This document shows positions 18,338-27,790 of a stretch of DNA of 64,000 nucleotides, piece after piece. The notes under the pieces were generated by a model. The model was not told where the DNA came from and did not search any database. It saw only the letters and a program-made list of their open reading frames with translations. Each line of letters starts with the position of its first letter. Positions within the stretch are counted from its first letter, which is position 1. Source of the stretch: Paludibacteraceae bacterium (GTDB lineage: Bacteria > Bacteroidota > Bacteroidia > Bacteroidales > Paludibacteraceae). Location: assembly GCA_045639525.1 (NCBI GenBank), contig JAZUDI010000045.1, positions 5,479-69,478 on the forward strand, in the 5' to 3' direction. Both the position numbers and the translations under genes were made by a program.

Positions 18338-18575
18338 GGTGACGTCTGAAAGACGTTACCTCAATAGCCCTGTACATGCCCTGATACGAAGTGAAGGGGA
18401 TGTGCAGGGTTATACGCGTGATATGTGAAGTCATTGCGCGTCTGAAAGACGCTACTTCTGCGGTATGTATTGTATCGTCTTACAGACGAGTGTGTTACAC
18501 CCATGGTGCATAACCCTGCACATGTCTCTTCGTTCCATGTACGGGGTTACACAAGTAGCGTCTTGCAGTCGCTAT
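18338..18575. repeat. Compound imperfect palindrome: four CGTCT-N3-AGACG hairpins around a ~50-bp inverted repeat
   Basis: The four hairpins are H1 18338-18360 (ggtgaCGTCTgaaAGACGttacc), H2 about 18436-18453, H3 about 18476-18488 and H4 about 18555-18575 (degenerate). Arm 18368-18418 is the imperfect reverse complement of arm 18502-18546 (CCCTGTACATG...ATGTGCAGGGTTAT). Confidence 0.75.
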
Positions 18576-18748
18576 ATTTTAACTCCACCATTAAACTATT
18601 AAATAGTTTTTAGCAATTGAGTTGCGTGACTTGCGGGGACTAAAAGTATATAGTTGCCAAAAATATTTCAGTGAAATTTAAACAGCATCTAAAATGGTGG
18701 AATGTTATCGGGAGGGTTCGTGAAGTGAGCGATATGGCGTGGAATAGG

Positions 18749-18787
18749 AAAGGGGTGTGCCGATGATGACACACCCCTTTCGTTTTG
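18749..18787. terminator. Strong GC-rich hairpin, probable terminator of 18806..19144
   Basis: AAAGGGGTGTG-ccgatgatga-CACACCCCTTT lies 20 nt downstream of the minus-strand stop. The T-tract (TCGTTTT) is better on the + strand, so it could also end an unannotated + strand transcript. Confidence 0.55.
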
Positions 18788-18805
18788 TGAGGACTCAATA
18801 GAGTT

Positions 18806-19144
18806 TTATCCTACTCTCTGCTGTTGCATCTCGTGGCTTTCCTTGAGATTTTTGCTTCCTGTCGCGATGGATGAAAGCGCCTCTTGAATCATGTAGAAGG
18901 CCTCCTTGAACGACTTGTCCGCTTGAGAGAGTCTGTACACCGTATCCATGGCTACCGCTGTGGAATCGGGTGCGTCGCAGTCAGATGGCGCGATGTTCGC
19001 AAGGTCATTCACAATGAGCTGAATGTGCTTCTGCTCAAACTGAAGAAGATTGAATTTCTGTTTCATGTCCGCCAACAGAAAATCCATTTCTCTGGTGATG
19101 TCCATTGTGCTTTTTCTAACCATTGGCTCTAATACGTTTTCCAT
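18806..19144 (-). CDS. Hypothetical helical protein (112 aa)
   Basis: An intact ORF with a downstream hairpin. I recognise no motif. Confidence 0.5.
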   Translation of the reverse strand: MENVLEPMVRKSTMDITREMDFLLADMKQKFNLLQFEQKHIQLIVNDLANIAPSDCDAPDSTAVAMDTVYRLSQADKSFKEAFYMIQEALSSIATGSKNLKESHEMQQQRVG

Positions 19145-19312
19145 GTTTTCCCCTTTAGTTAAACTTCAATTTCGTTCCGCTAAAGTGCGAAATGGTTTTT
19201 GAAAAAGAAAATTTTCGAACCGATAATTTTCAACAAAGGGGCGGTTTATGACAAATGTCTTTAAAGCCGATTTATCGTGTTTCTTGCCTAAAAAATGTGG
19301 AAAATTTCCCAG

Positions 19313-19735
19313 TTAGGCTTGCTGGCTCTTGAAAGCCAGGGCGTACATCTTCATCTGGTTCACCATGGCAAGCATACCGTTGGAACGGGTTGGAGAGAGG
19401 TGCTCCTTGAGGCCGATTTGGTCGATGAAGTAGAGGTCAGTCTCTAAGATTTCGTCTGGCGTGTGGCCTGACAAGACCTCCACCAACATGGAGACGATGC
19501 CGCCAGAGATGTCGGTGTTGCTCTCTCCTTGGAAATACACCAAGCCATCCTTGTACTCAGCGTGTACCCACACCTTGCTTTGACATCCCTCGATGAGGTA
19601 CTTGTCGATCTTGTATTCTTCGTCAACACCGGGGTTGGCGATGCCCTTGTCGATGATTTGTTGGTACTTGTCCAACCAATCGTCGAGGAACTCGAATTCG
19701 GCGATGATCTCGTCTTGTTTCTCTGCTATTGTCAT
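19313..19735 (-). CDS. sufE: SufE-family cysteine desulfuration protein
   Basis: EGCQSKVWVHAEY... carries the conserved Cys. The C-terminus LSPTRSNGMLAMVNQMK is also typical. It lies directly downstream of sufS. Confidence 0.85.
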   Translation of the reverse strand: MTIAEKQDEIIAEFEFLDDWLDKYQQIIDKGIANPGVDEEYKIDKYLIEGCQSKVWVHAEYKDGLVYFQGESNTDISGGIVSMLVEVLSGHTPDEILETDLYFIDQIGLKEHLSPTRSNGMLAMVNQMKMYALAFKSQQA

Positions 19736-19751
19736 GCTATCTTTTTATCTA

Positions 19752-20978
19752 TTATTTCCTTCTAAACATTTTCGCTGCTCTTTGCACGCCCGCCACGAGG
19801 ATGTCGATCTCCTCTTTGGTGTTGTAGATGCCGAACGACGCGCGCACGGTTCCTTCGATACCGAAGGCTGCCATGACAGGCTCCGCGCAGTGGTGTCCTG
19901 TGCGGACCGCGATGCCTAACTTGTCTATGATTGATCCCAAATCGTAGGGGTGGATGTCACCCACGAGGAAGGATACCAAGCCACTTCTATTTTGGGCGTT
20001 GCCGATGAATCGGATATTCTCCACTTCGCCTAATCTCTCCAAAGTGTAGCGTACCAACTCCTGTTCGTGCGCCGCGATCTCCTCCATGCCGATGGCGCTG
20101 ACATAGTTGAGTGCCTCCGCCAAGGCTGTAGAACCGATATAGTCTGGGGTTCCCGCCTCAAATTTGAAGGGCAACTCGTTGAATGTGGTCTTCTCGAAGG
20201 TGACCTTTTGGATCATCTCGCCGCCGCCTTGGTAGGGTGGTATGCGCTCCAGCCACTCCTCTTTGCCATAGAGGACGCCGATACCGGTAGGCCCGTAAAT
20301 CTTGTGTCCTGAGAAGACGTAGAAATCCGCGTCGAGCGCCTGGACATCCACGGGCGTGTGGGGCACTGATTGTGCACCGTCCACCAATACTGGAATGTTG
20401 TGGCTATGTGCCTTCGCGATGATCTCCGCCACAGGGTTGATGGTTCCCAAGGTGTTGGAAACATGGGCGATGGAGATGAGTTTGGTCTTCGCCGTGATGA
20501 GTTCGTCCAGTTTTTCCAACAGCAGTTCACCCTTCTCGTCGAAAGGAATCACCTTGAGCACGATGCCCTTCTCCCCTTGAAGAAGTTGCCAAGGAACGAT
20601 GTTGGAGTGGTGCTCCATATGGGAGACGATGATCTCGTCGCCCTCTTGGCATTGGCTTCTGCCGAAAGAGGAGGCTACTAAGTTGATGGCCTCCGTGGTG
20701 CCTCTGGTAAAGACGATTTCACGGGCGTGTTTCGCATTGATGAATTTCCGGACGGTTTCGCGCGCCGCTTCGTGGGCTTCCGTCGCCACCTGGCTGAGGA
20801 AGTGGACACCACGATGGATGTTCGCATTGTTGTTGAGGTAATTTTCGCTGATCTTCTCTACCACGCACATCGGTTTCTGCGTCGTGGCCGCGTTGTCCAA
20901 ATAGACCAACGGCCTTCCGTAAATCTCCTTCTTTAAGATAGGGAAGTCCTCTCTGATTTTATTGATATCGAAACTCAT
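19752..20978 (-). CDS. sufS: Cysteine desulfurase, SufS type
   Basis: YLDNAATTQKP, FSGHKIYGPTGIGVLYG (the PLP lysine) and RTGHHCAEP (the catalytic Cys loop) are present. The start was trimmed to MSFDINKIREDFPIL at 20978. Confidence 0.92.
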   Translation of the reverse strand: MSFDINKIREDFPILKKEIYGRPLVYLDNAATTQKPMCVVEKISENYLNNNANIHRGVHFLSQVATEAHEAARETVRKFINAKHAREIVFTRGTTEAINLVASSFGRSQCQEGDEIIVSHMEHHSNIVPWQLLQGEKGIVLKVIPFDEKGELLLEKLDELITAKTKLISIAHVSNTLGTINPVAEIIAKAHSHNIPVLVDGAQSVPHTPVDVQALDADFYVFSGHKIYGPTGIGVLYGKEEWLERIPPYQGGGEMIQKVTFEKTTFNELPFKFEAGTPDYIGSTALAEALNYVSAIGMEEIAAHEQELVRYTLERLGEVENIRFIGNAQNRSGLVSFLVGDIHPYDLGSIIDKLGIAVRTGHHCAEPVMAAFGIEGTVRASFGIYNTKEEIDILVAGVQRAAKMFRRK

Positions 20979-21077
20979 CTCTTTGCACTTTTCCGCGAAT
21001 TTACGAAAATATGGGCAAAAATGTAGAACTTCATTCAATATTACATTGAGATAAAGAATCGCTTGTCCAAATACTAT

Positions 21078-21623
21078 TCAATGGTTATTTTCTACTTCAT
21101 GTTTGGTTATGAGGTAATTTTGCAGTACATTTGCAATACCTCCATTAGGTTGTGGTGAAGAAGCTGTGCTTTCATGAACCGGGTTAGACGCAACAACCTC
21201 TTGGAGATTTTTTGTTAAAAAGGATTCGTGTAGATACAATCGTTGTTGCTTGAGGTTTGCAATTACTTCAACAGCGCATACGTATTTTTCTTCCGCTATT
21301 TGTATTGGAGCAGCAATTATGCCGGTCATTTGCTTCTTGCCATTTGTTCCGTAGTAATTTAATGGCATTATAACAACACCTTTTTCTAGAACATCTTTTA
21401 CGGCAGCAAAAGAAGCTGATTTAACTCTACTATTACCATGTTGTTTGCTGTTTTGCACGCCTTTCTTATCTAATACCACAGTACCCAAAGGTGAGTTTGC
21501 CGTTCCACCTTGTAATTCAAAGAAAGCAGAAACTTGGTTGGCAAATGACATGCCTTCTTTGGGTAGAAATTCGTCTCCCTTCAATATACATACCGGACTA
21601 TCATTTAATAAATCCATTTCCAT
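21078..21623 (-). CDS. Hypothetical protein; resembles nuclease-like modules of phage/conjugative-element polyvalent proteins (PBECR-like)
   Basis: GTVVLDKKGVQNSKQHGNSRVKSASFAAVKDVLEKGVVI...IIAAPIQIAEEKYVCAVEVI...RLYLHESF recalls Barnase/EndoU/ColicinE5-D/RelE-like polyvalent-protein domains. This assignment is from memory of motifs and is low confidence. The gene is clearly AT-rich compared with sufS and yraN. Confidence 0.35.
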   Translation of the reverse strand: MEMDLLNDSPVCILKGDEFLPKEGMSFANQVSAFFELQGGTANSPLGTVVLDKKGVQNSKQHGNSRVKSASFAAVKDVLEKGVVIMPLNYYGTNGKKQMTGIIAAPIQIAEEKYVCAVEVIANLKQQRLYLHESFLTKNLQEVVASNPVHESTASSPQPNGGIANVLQNYLITKHEVENNH

Positions 21624-21712
21624 ATTCTTTCTTTGTAAATGTCTGTATAAAGGGCATTTAGTTGCTTCGTTTTTGTAGGTTGGGTGTTTGGTTAGTGGGA
21701 TGAATAAACCTA

Positions 21713-22075
21713 CTACGGCAAAAAAGCATCCTCAATATGCTCGATAGAGTAATTCCCCTCCAAAGGTGCTGTGATTACCGAGATGATATCGAATTGTGTC
21801 GGCAGTAGAATATTGAATTTAAAAATGTAGGCCTGCGCCGCCAAGATCGTGTTTCGCATTTTCGTTTTGTTCACGCTGTCCGCAGGGTGGATTCTGTAAT
21901 TATCCTTGCGCGTGCGCACCTCCACGACGACCAGCGTGTTGTTGTGTTCCGCCACGATGTCCAATTCCAGTTTTCCGCTTCTCCAGTTCCGATGTCTGAT
22001 TTTGTAGCCTTTGTCGATCAGGTAGGCCACCGCCTTTTCCTCGCCCATTTGGCCTAATTCGTTGTGTTCCGCCAT
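21713..22075 (-). CDS. yraN: YraN-family (UPF0102) endonuclease-like protein
   Basis: GEEKAVAYLIDKGYKIRHRNWRSGKLELDIVAEHNNTLVVVEVRTR matches the family. The start was trimmed to the ATG at 22075. Confidence 0.85.
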   Translation of the reverse strand: MAEHNELGQMGEEKAVAYLIDKGYKIRHRNWRSGKLELDIVAEHNNTLVVVEVRTRKDNYRIHPADSVNKTKMRNTILAAQAYIFKFNILLPTQFDIISVITAPLEGNYSIEHIEDAFLP

Positions 22076-22161
22076 AATGCAAATTTTTAACAGGTTAATA
22101 TTCGTCACAAAAGTAACAAATGTTTAGATAATACACAAATGTAATCGGACGGGCCAATGTA

Positions 22162-22203
22162 CATAATTCAAAATTCATAATTCAAAATTCATAATTCACA
22201 ATT
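22162..22203. repeat. 14-bp tandem repeat x3 (CATAATTCAAAATT)
   Basis: Two perfect copies and one with a single mismatch. The array abuts the -7 box of hemW. Confidence 0.9.
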
Positions 22204-22210
22204 ACCTTTG
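22203..22210 (+). promoter_or_regulatory. -7 promoter box (TACCTTTG) for hemW
   Basis: A TAnnTTTG match only 4 nt before the ATG at 22215, which implies a near-leaderless mRNA. Confidence 0.4.
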
Positions 22211-22214
22211 CATT

Positions 22215-23342
22215 ATGGCAGGTATCTATATCCATATTCCACTCTGTAAGAATCGCTGTATCTATTGTGATTTTTACTCCTCCACCTATGACGGCAATCG
22301 GGAGGAGTTGCTTCATGCGATTTGCGCTGAACTGCAATCCAGAAGGGATTACCTGCGAGGAGAGCGGATAAAGACGCTCTACTTGGGCGGCGGAACCCCA
22401 TCTTTGCTGCGGATAGAGGAGTTGTCGCGGATTTTCGGAACGGTGATGGACCATTACGACTGCGACTTCGAGGAGGTGACCTTGGAGGCCAATCCCGATG
22501 ATCTGAGTGAGGATTTCGTCCAATCGTTGAGGCGGTTGCCGATCAACCGTTTGAGTTTGGGCATCCAAAGTTTCCATGACGATGACCTACGGCTGCTTAA
22601 TCGACGCCATACGGCGGAAGAGGCAAAGACTGCTGTGAAGCGTTGCCAACAGGCGGGCTTCACCAATCTGAGCATTGATCTGATCTATGGTTTGCCCAAC
22701 CAGACACTGGCGGCGTGGCAAGACAACATCGAGCAGGCCATCGCGTTGGATGTTCCCCATATCTCCGCCTATCACCTCACCTATGAGGAGGGAACGAAGA
22801 TATACCGAATGTTGCAAAAGGGTGAAGTAAAGGAGGTGGATGAGGCGTTGAGCGTGGAGATGTTCCGCACTTTGCGCCAAAGGTTAGCGGAGGCGGGGAT
22901 CCTGCAGTACGAGATCTCCAATTTCGCGAAGCATGGGATGCATGCGCGGCACAACTCCTCCTATTGGGATGGTACGCCCTATTTGGGCGTGGGGCCCTCT
23001 GCCCATTCGTTCGATGGGAAGGACCGCCGTTGGAACATCGCCGACACGAGGCGATACATCGCTTTGATGAAAGAGGGGAAGCCCTATTATGAAATAGAGG
23101 TTTTAGACATTGCCTCCTCTTATAATGATTATGTCATCACCTCTCTCCGCACCATAGCGGGTATGGATTTGAAACGGGTTTCGGATCGTTTCGGTGAGCC
23201 CTACGCCACCTATTGCATGCGACAGGCGGAGCCCTGCGTCAGGGAGGGGTTGGCGGAGGTTTCCGGGGAACGCTTGGCGTTGACTGAACGTGGCCTCTTC
23301 CTCTCGGACGCGATAATGGAGCGTCTGATGTGGGTAGAGTAA
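22215..23342 (+). CDS. hemW: Radical SAM heme chaperone HemW (HemN-like, oxygen-independent coproporphyrinogen oxidase family)
   Basis: YIHIPLCKNRCIYCDF carries the CxxxCxxC cluster. The GGGTPS motif and a HemN_C-like tail are also present. Confidence 0.88.
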   Translation: MAGIYIHIPLCKNRCIYCDFYSSTYDGNREELLHAICAELQSRRDYLRGERIKTLYLGGGTPSLLRIEELSRIFGTVMDHYDCDFEEVTLEANPDDLSEDFVQSLRRLPINRLSLGIQSFHDDDLRLLNRRHTAEEAKTAVKRCQQAGFTNLSIDLIYGLPNQTLAAWQDNIEQAIALDVPHISAYHLTYEEGTKIYRMLQKGEVKEVDEALSVEMFRTLRQRLAEAGILQYEISNFAKHGMHARHNSSYWDGTPYLGVGPSAHSFDGKDRRWNIADTRRYIALMKEGKPYYEIEVLDIASSYNDYVITSLRTIAGMDLKRVSDRFGEPYATYCMRQAEPCVREGLAEVSGERLALTERGLFLSDAIMERLMWVE

Positions 23343-23355
23343 TTAATTAAATTTG

Positions 23356-23363
23356 TAACTTTG
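23356..23363 (+). promoter_or_regulatory. -7 promoter box (TAACTTTG) for coaD
   Basis: A TAnnTTTG match 22 nt upstream of the ATG at 23386. This favours that start over 23374. Confidence 0.45.
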
Positions 23364-23385
23364 CGGAAAATTATTGGCATATAAG

Positions 23386-23850
23386 ATGAAAAGAGCATTA
23401 TTCCCAGGTAGTTTCGATCCCTTCACGATTGGTCACTATTCCGTTGTGAAACGTGCGTTGAATTTTGTGGACGAAGTGGTCATCTCCATTGGTGTGAATG
23501 ACGCTAAGCGTTGTCTTCTCTCCGTCGATCAGCGATTGGCGATTATTACCAAAGCCTTCCATGACGAACCGCGCGTAAAGGCCAGATGTTACGACGCCTT
23601 GACGGTTGACTTCGCCAAAGAGGTGGGTGCCAATGTCATATTAAGAGGTATCCGCTCCATCCAGGATTTCGAGTATGAGAAGACCATCGCGGACGCCAAC
23701 CGAAGTCTGTCGGGTATCGACACTGTGCTTTTGTTCACCGAACCGCAACACTCTTTCGTCAGCTCTACAGTGGTGCGTGATCTGATCCGTTACGGAAAGG
23801 ACATCAAAGATTTTTTGCCACCCAATGTCTCTTTGGAGGATTTGAAATAA
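23386..23850 (+). CDS. coaD: Phosphopantetheine adenylyltransferase
   Basis: ALFPGSFDPFTIGHYSVV (T/HxGH motif) and SSTVVRDL are present. Confidence 0.92.
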   Translation: MKRALFPGSFDPFTIGHYSVVKRALNFVDEVVISIGVNDAKRCLLSVDQRLAIITKAFHDEPRVKARCYDALTVDFAKEVGANVILRGIRSIQDFEYEKTIADANRSLSGIDTVLLFTEPQHSFVSSTVVRDLIRYGKDIKDFLPPNVSLEDLK

Positions 23851-23933
23851 TATTAACACTCTTTAACATATAAAATTTTTAAAAGAGTATAATTGTTGCT
23901 TTTTTTGCGGAAAATTTGGGTATATAGTATCTG

Positions 23934-24809
23934 ATGAAAAAGAAAGCAAAACATAGATTTTTTAATTCGAAGCTCACATCAGCGATCAGTATTTCGATTG
24001 TACTCTTTTTATTAGGTTGTATCATCTTTGTCGGATTCATGTCTAACAGGCTGACTACCTATGTTTTAGAGAATGTGACTTTGACCGTATTCGTAAAAGA
24101 GAATAGTACAGAGGAGGCCCGCTTGAACCTTGAGAAATATTTGGCGGGACAACCATATACCACAAAGGAAAAATTTATCGACAAGGAGACTGCCATCCGC
24201 GAACTATGCGAGGAGATCGGCGAGGATCCTGAGGATTACAAGGACATCAACAGAATTTTGGATATGGTGGAGGTGCACATGAACGCGCAATACGCGAACA
24301 ATGACAGCATCATCCCGATAGCGGAGAGCATCGAACTCTTCGATTGTGTCGATCATGTCGATTACCAGGAGGATATGGTCGACCGTATCGGCAACAACAT
24401 CCAAAAGTTGGTATCCGTCCTGATTTGTACGGCGGCAGTCTTGCTGCTGATTTCTTATGTCTTGATTAGCAATACAATACAATTGTTGATCCATTCGGAT
24501 CGTTTCTTGATCCACACCATGACATTGGTGGGAGCCTCCCCTTCGTTCGTGCGCCGTCCATACATTATGGAGAGCCTTTTGATCGCTGTGGTGGCCTTCG
24601 TTTTGGCGACCTGCTACATGTTAAGTCTGGGTTATTTCCTGAAGGATGATCTTCCGCCAAGTTTGGATGGTATGACCAGCGATCCGATGCTTTACATCGT
24701 CGTGTTGGGCAGCATCTTTATTTTCAGCATCATCATCACGACGGTGGCCACTCATCGTGCTGTCAGCAAGTATTTGAAGCACCAAGTGGATGATTTGTAT
24801 TATATTTAA
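23934..24809 (+). CDS. ftsX: FtsX-like cell-division permease
   Basis: An N-terminal transmembrane segment, a periplasmic alpha/beta domain, and three C-terminal transmembrane segments (LVGASPSFVRRPY). Confidence 0.8.
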   Translation: MKKKAKHRFFNSKLTSAISISIVLFLLGCIIFVGFMSNRLTTYVLENVTLTVFVKENSTEEARLNLEKYLAGQPYTTKEKFIDKETAIRELCEEIGEDPEDYKDINRILDMVEVHMNAQYANNDSIIPIAESIELFDCVDHVDYQEDMVDRIGNNIQKLVSVLICTAAVLLLISYVLISNTIQLLIHSDRFLIHTMTLVGASPSFVRRPYIMESLLIAVVAFVLATCYMLSLGYFLKDDLPPSLDGMTSDPMLYIVVLGSIFIFSIIITTVATHRAVSKYLKHQVDDLYYI

Positions 24810-24834
24810 TTTGTAAGTTTTAATAATAAAATAA

Positions 24835-25134
24835 ATGGACAAGAAGGAGAGTTATGCGTTGCCTAAGGAGAATTTGCTTCTCATGGCCGCAGGTTTCGTT
24901 ATCATTATCATTGGTTTTGTTTGTATGATTGGCGGTGGAAGCCCTGATGGAGTTTCTTTCAACCCGGAGATTTTCAGCCCTATGAGAATCACAGTAGCGC
25001 CGGTTATCGTTGTGTTCGGCTTCTTCTTCGAAGTCTTCGCGATTTTGTGGAGCCGTCCTTCCAAGGAGGATGAACAGGAGGAGGAGACCTCTTTAAAGGC
25101 GCACGAAGGAACCAGTGTTATTCGTAAATCATAA
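24835..25134 (+). CDS. DUF3098-like small membrane protein
   Basis: Two transmembrane helices (LLLMAAGFVIIIIGFVCMIGG...). Its position between ftsX and uppP is conserved in Bacteroidota. Confidence 0.65.
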   Translation: MDKKESYALPKENLLLMAAGFVIIIIGFVCMIGGGSPDGVSFNPEIFSPMRITVAPVIVVFGFFFEVFAILWSRPSKEDEQEEETSLKAHEGTSVIRKS

Positions 25135-25150
25135 GGGAGGAGGATTATAA

Positions 25151-25990
25151 ATGGATTGGTTACAGGCATTGATCCTTGGTTTGGTCCAAGGTTTGACGGA
25201 GTATCTACCCGTATCTTCCAGTGGACATTTGGAGATTGGTAAAGTATTGTTGGGCGAAGGCGCCGAGGCGGGCGGCCTGACTTTTGATATCGTGGTGCAT
25301 GTCGCTACGGTGTTGGCTACCTTGTGTGTCCTCTGGAAAGAGGTGGCGTGGATCTTCAAAGGTATGTTCAAACCCTTCGAAGAGGGTAAGATGAATGATG
25401 AGCAGAAGTATGTCTTGAACATTTTGATCTCTATGATTCCGGTGGGAGTCGTGGGTCTCTGCTTTAAGGACCGCATCGAGGCGCTCTATGCGGACAATAT
25501 TCTTCCGGTGGTTGGTTGTTGCCTATTGGTGACGGCGACTCTGCTTGCCTTGACTCACTTTTTGAAACCACAACCTCGTGAGCAGATTTCTCCATTGCAC
25601 GCCTTCGTCATCGGTATCGCGCAAGCGGTGGCTGTCTTGCCTGGTTTGTCCCGTTCGGGATCGACGATCGCTACTGGATTGTTGCTTGGCAACAAGAAAG
25701 AGTCTTTGGCGCAGTTCTCCTTTTTGATGGTGATTCCGCCTATTTTGGGTGAGGCCTTGTTGGACTTTAAGCATATTGTCGCCCCTTCGGCTGAATACTT
25801 GGCTGAACACGGCATGGAAGAGCCGATCGGTATGCTTCCTTTGATAGTGGGTTTTATTGCGGCCTTCATCAGTGGATGTTTCGCTTGCAAGTGGATGATT
25901 GCCCTTGTCAAGAGATTGAAATTGATCTATTTCGCCATCTATTGCGCCGTTGTGGGTGCGGGATGTTTGGCATATACCATATTCGCGTAA
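25151..25990 (+). CDS. uppP: Undecaprenyl-diphosphate phosphatase
   Basis: [15 protein letters not shown] and [10 protein letters not shown] are the BacA/UppP motifs. Confidence 0.92.
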   Translation: MDWLQALILGLVQGLTEYLPVSSSGHLEIGKVLLGEGAEAGGLTFDIVVHVATVLATLCVLWKEVAWIFKGMFKPFEEGKMNDEQKYVLNILISMIPVGVVGLCFKDRIEALYADNILPVVGCCLLVTATLLALTHFLKPQPREQISPLHAFVIGIAQAVAVLPGLSRSGSTIATGLLLGNKKESLAQFSFLMVIPPILGEALLDFKHIVAPSAEYLAEHGMEEPIGMLPLIVGFIAAFISGCFACKWMIALVKRLKLIYFAIYCAVVGAGCLAYTIFA

Positions 25991-25994
25991 AGGG

Positions 25995-26702
25995 ATGAAT
26001 TTCATTGACGGCGAGATATTGTGTTTTGACAAACCGTTGACATGGACTTCGTTCGACATTGTCAATAAGGTGCGTTACCTCATCAAGCGGCAATTGAATG
26101 TCAAGAAGTTCAAGATCGGCCATGCGGGGACGCTGGATCCTTTGGCTACCGGTGTCTTGATTGTCTGTACAGGCAAGGCCACCAAGCGTATCGAGGAGAT
26201 GCAATACAAGACCAAGGAGTATGTCGCCACCTTGAAATTGGGTGCCACAACCCCCTCCTTCGATTTGGAGCAAGAGATCGACGCGACCTATCCGACGGAG
26301 CATATCACCCGTGAGATGGTTGAGCAGACGCTACCTCGCTTCTTAGGTGAGATTTGGCAGGTGCCGCCTACCTATTCCGCCGTGAAGGTGAATGGCAAGC
26401 GTGCCTACGATTATGCCCGCAAGGGGGCTGAGGTGGAGTTGAAGCCCAAATTGTTGGTCATCGATGAGATAGAGTTGTTGGATTGCTCGCTGCCGGAAAT
26501 CACGATCCGCGTGGTTTGCAGCAAGGGCACATACATAAGGGCGTTGGCCCGTGACATTGGTTTGGCGCTGAACAGTGGTGCGCATTTGACTGCGTTGCGG
26601 CGCACGAAGGTGGGCGATTTCCATGTGGAGGATTGCCTCTCCATCGAGCAGTTCCAGACCATGATGAATGAGTTAGAACAGAAAAATTCCGATATAGCAT
26701 GA
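25995..26702 (+). CDS. truB: tRNA pseudouridine(55) synthase
   Basis: [15 protein letters not shown]...[14 protein letters not shown] carries the catalytic Asp. The start was trimmed to the ATG at 25995. Confidence 0.92.
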   Translation: MNFIDGEILCFDKPLTWTSFDIVNKVRYLIKRQLNVKKFKIGHAGTLDPLATGVLIVCTGKATKRIEEMQYKTKEYVATLKLGATTPSFDLEQEIDATYPTEHITREMVEQTLPRFLGEIWQVPPTYSAVKVNGKRAYDYARKGAEVELKPKLLVIDEIELLDCSLPEITIRVVCSKGTYIRALARDIGLALNSGAHLTALRRTKVGDFHVEDCLSIEQFQTMMNELEQKNSDIA

Positions 26703-27748
26703 AATTATCAAAATTTAAATTCAACTTGCCTACTGAGCAAGTCGCCCTCTACCCGGCTCACAACAGGGATGAGGCTAGATTGTTGGTACTCAATCGTAAA
26801 ACCGGAGAAATCGAACATAAGATATTCAAGGATGTTCTTCAATATTTTGATGACAAGGATGTCTTTATATTTAACGACACGAAGGTATTCCCTGCCAGAT
26901 TGTATGGTATCAAGGAGAAGAACGGTGCCAAGATCGAGGTTTTCTTGCTTCGTGAGTTGAACCATGAGTTGAAGTTCTGGGATGTGTTGGTAGATCCTGC
27001 CAGAAAGATCCGTATCGGAAACAAATTGTATTTCGGCGAGGATGAGTCGTTGGTGGCTGAGGTGATCGACAATACCACCTCCCGTGGCCGTACCCTCAGA
27101 TTCCTTTATGAGGGATCTTATGAGGAGTTCCGCGAGACTTTGTACAAGTTGGGCGAGACACCGTTGCCAAAGTTCATCGACCGTCCTGTAGAGCCAGAGG
27201 ATGCTGAGCGTTACCAAACCATCTTTGCGAAAAACGAGGGCGCTGTGGTGGCACCGACCGCTGGTATGCACTTCAGCCGTGAGTTGATGAAGCGTTTGGA
27301 GATCAAGGGTTGCGAGTTCGCTTATTTGACCTTGCATGCGGGGTTGGGTAACTTCCGTGAGATTGACGTGGAGGATTTGACCAAGCATAAGATGGATTCC
27401 GAGGAGATGTATATCAACGAGGAGTGCACCAAGATCGTGAACAGAGCGCACGAGGCGAAGCAACACATCTGTGCGGTGGGTACCACTGTCTTGCGCGCCG
27501 TTGAGAGCAGCGTGGGCACAGATGGTTTGATCAAGCCTTTCGAGGGATGGACCAACAAGTTCATCTTCCCGCCATACAACTTCACAGTGGCTGACCGATT
27601 GATCACCAATTTCCATACACCATACTCCACCTTCTTGATGATGGTTTGCGCATTCGGCGATTACGATATGGTGATGAACGCATACAACGAGGCATTGAAG
27701 GAGGGTTACAAGTTTGGCCCTTACGGCGACGCTATGTTGATCCTTTGA
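26699..27748 (+). CDS. queA: S-adenosylmethionine:tRNA ribosyltransferase-isomerase (canonical 349-aa QueA)
   Basis: [26 protein letters not shown]..., [10 protein letters not shown] and [11 protein letters not shown] are present. Its start overlaps the truB stop by 4 nt. Confidence 0.92.
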   Translation: MKLSKFKFNLPTEQVALYPAHNRDEARLLVLNRKTGEIEHKIFKDVLQYFDDKDVFIFNDTKVFPARLYGIKEKNGAKIEVFLLRELNHELKFWDVLVDPARKIRIGNKLYFGEDESLVAEVIDNTTSRGRTLRFLYEGSYEEFRETLYKLGETPLPKFIDRPVEPEDAERYQTIFAKNEGAVVAPTAGMHFSRELMKRLEIKGCEFAYLTLHAGLGNFREIDVEDLTKHKMDSEEMYINEECTKIVNRAHEAKQHICAVGTTVLRAVESSVGTDGLIKPFEGWTNKFIFPPYNFTVADRLITNFHTPYSTFLMMVCAFGDYDMVMNAYNEALKEGYKFGPYGDAMLIL

Positions 27749-27790
27749 TGCGAAATTTTGATTGTTAGAATTTTTAGATAGATATAGACG

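Noticed and set aside
18338-18575. The repeated hairpins might be a small CRISPR array.
   Set aside because: The repeats are only about 13-23 bp and not identical. They occur in both orientations and are irregularly spaced as part of a larger palindrome. No cas genes are nearby.
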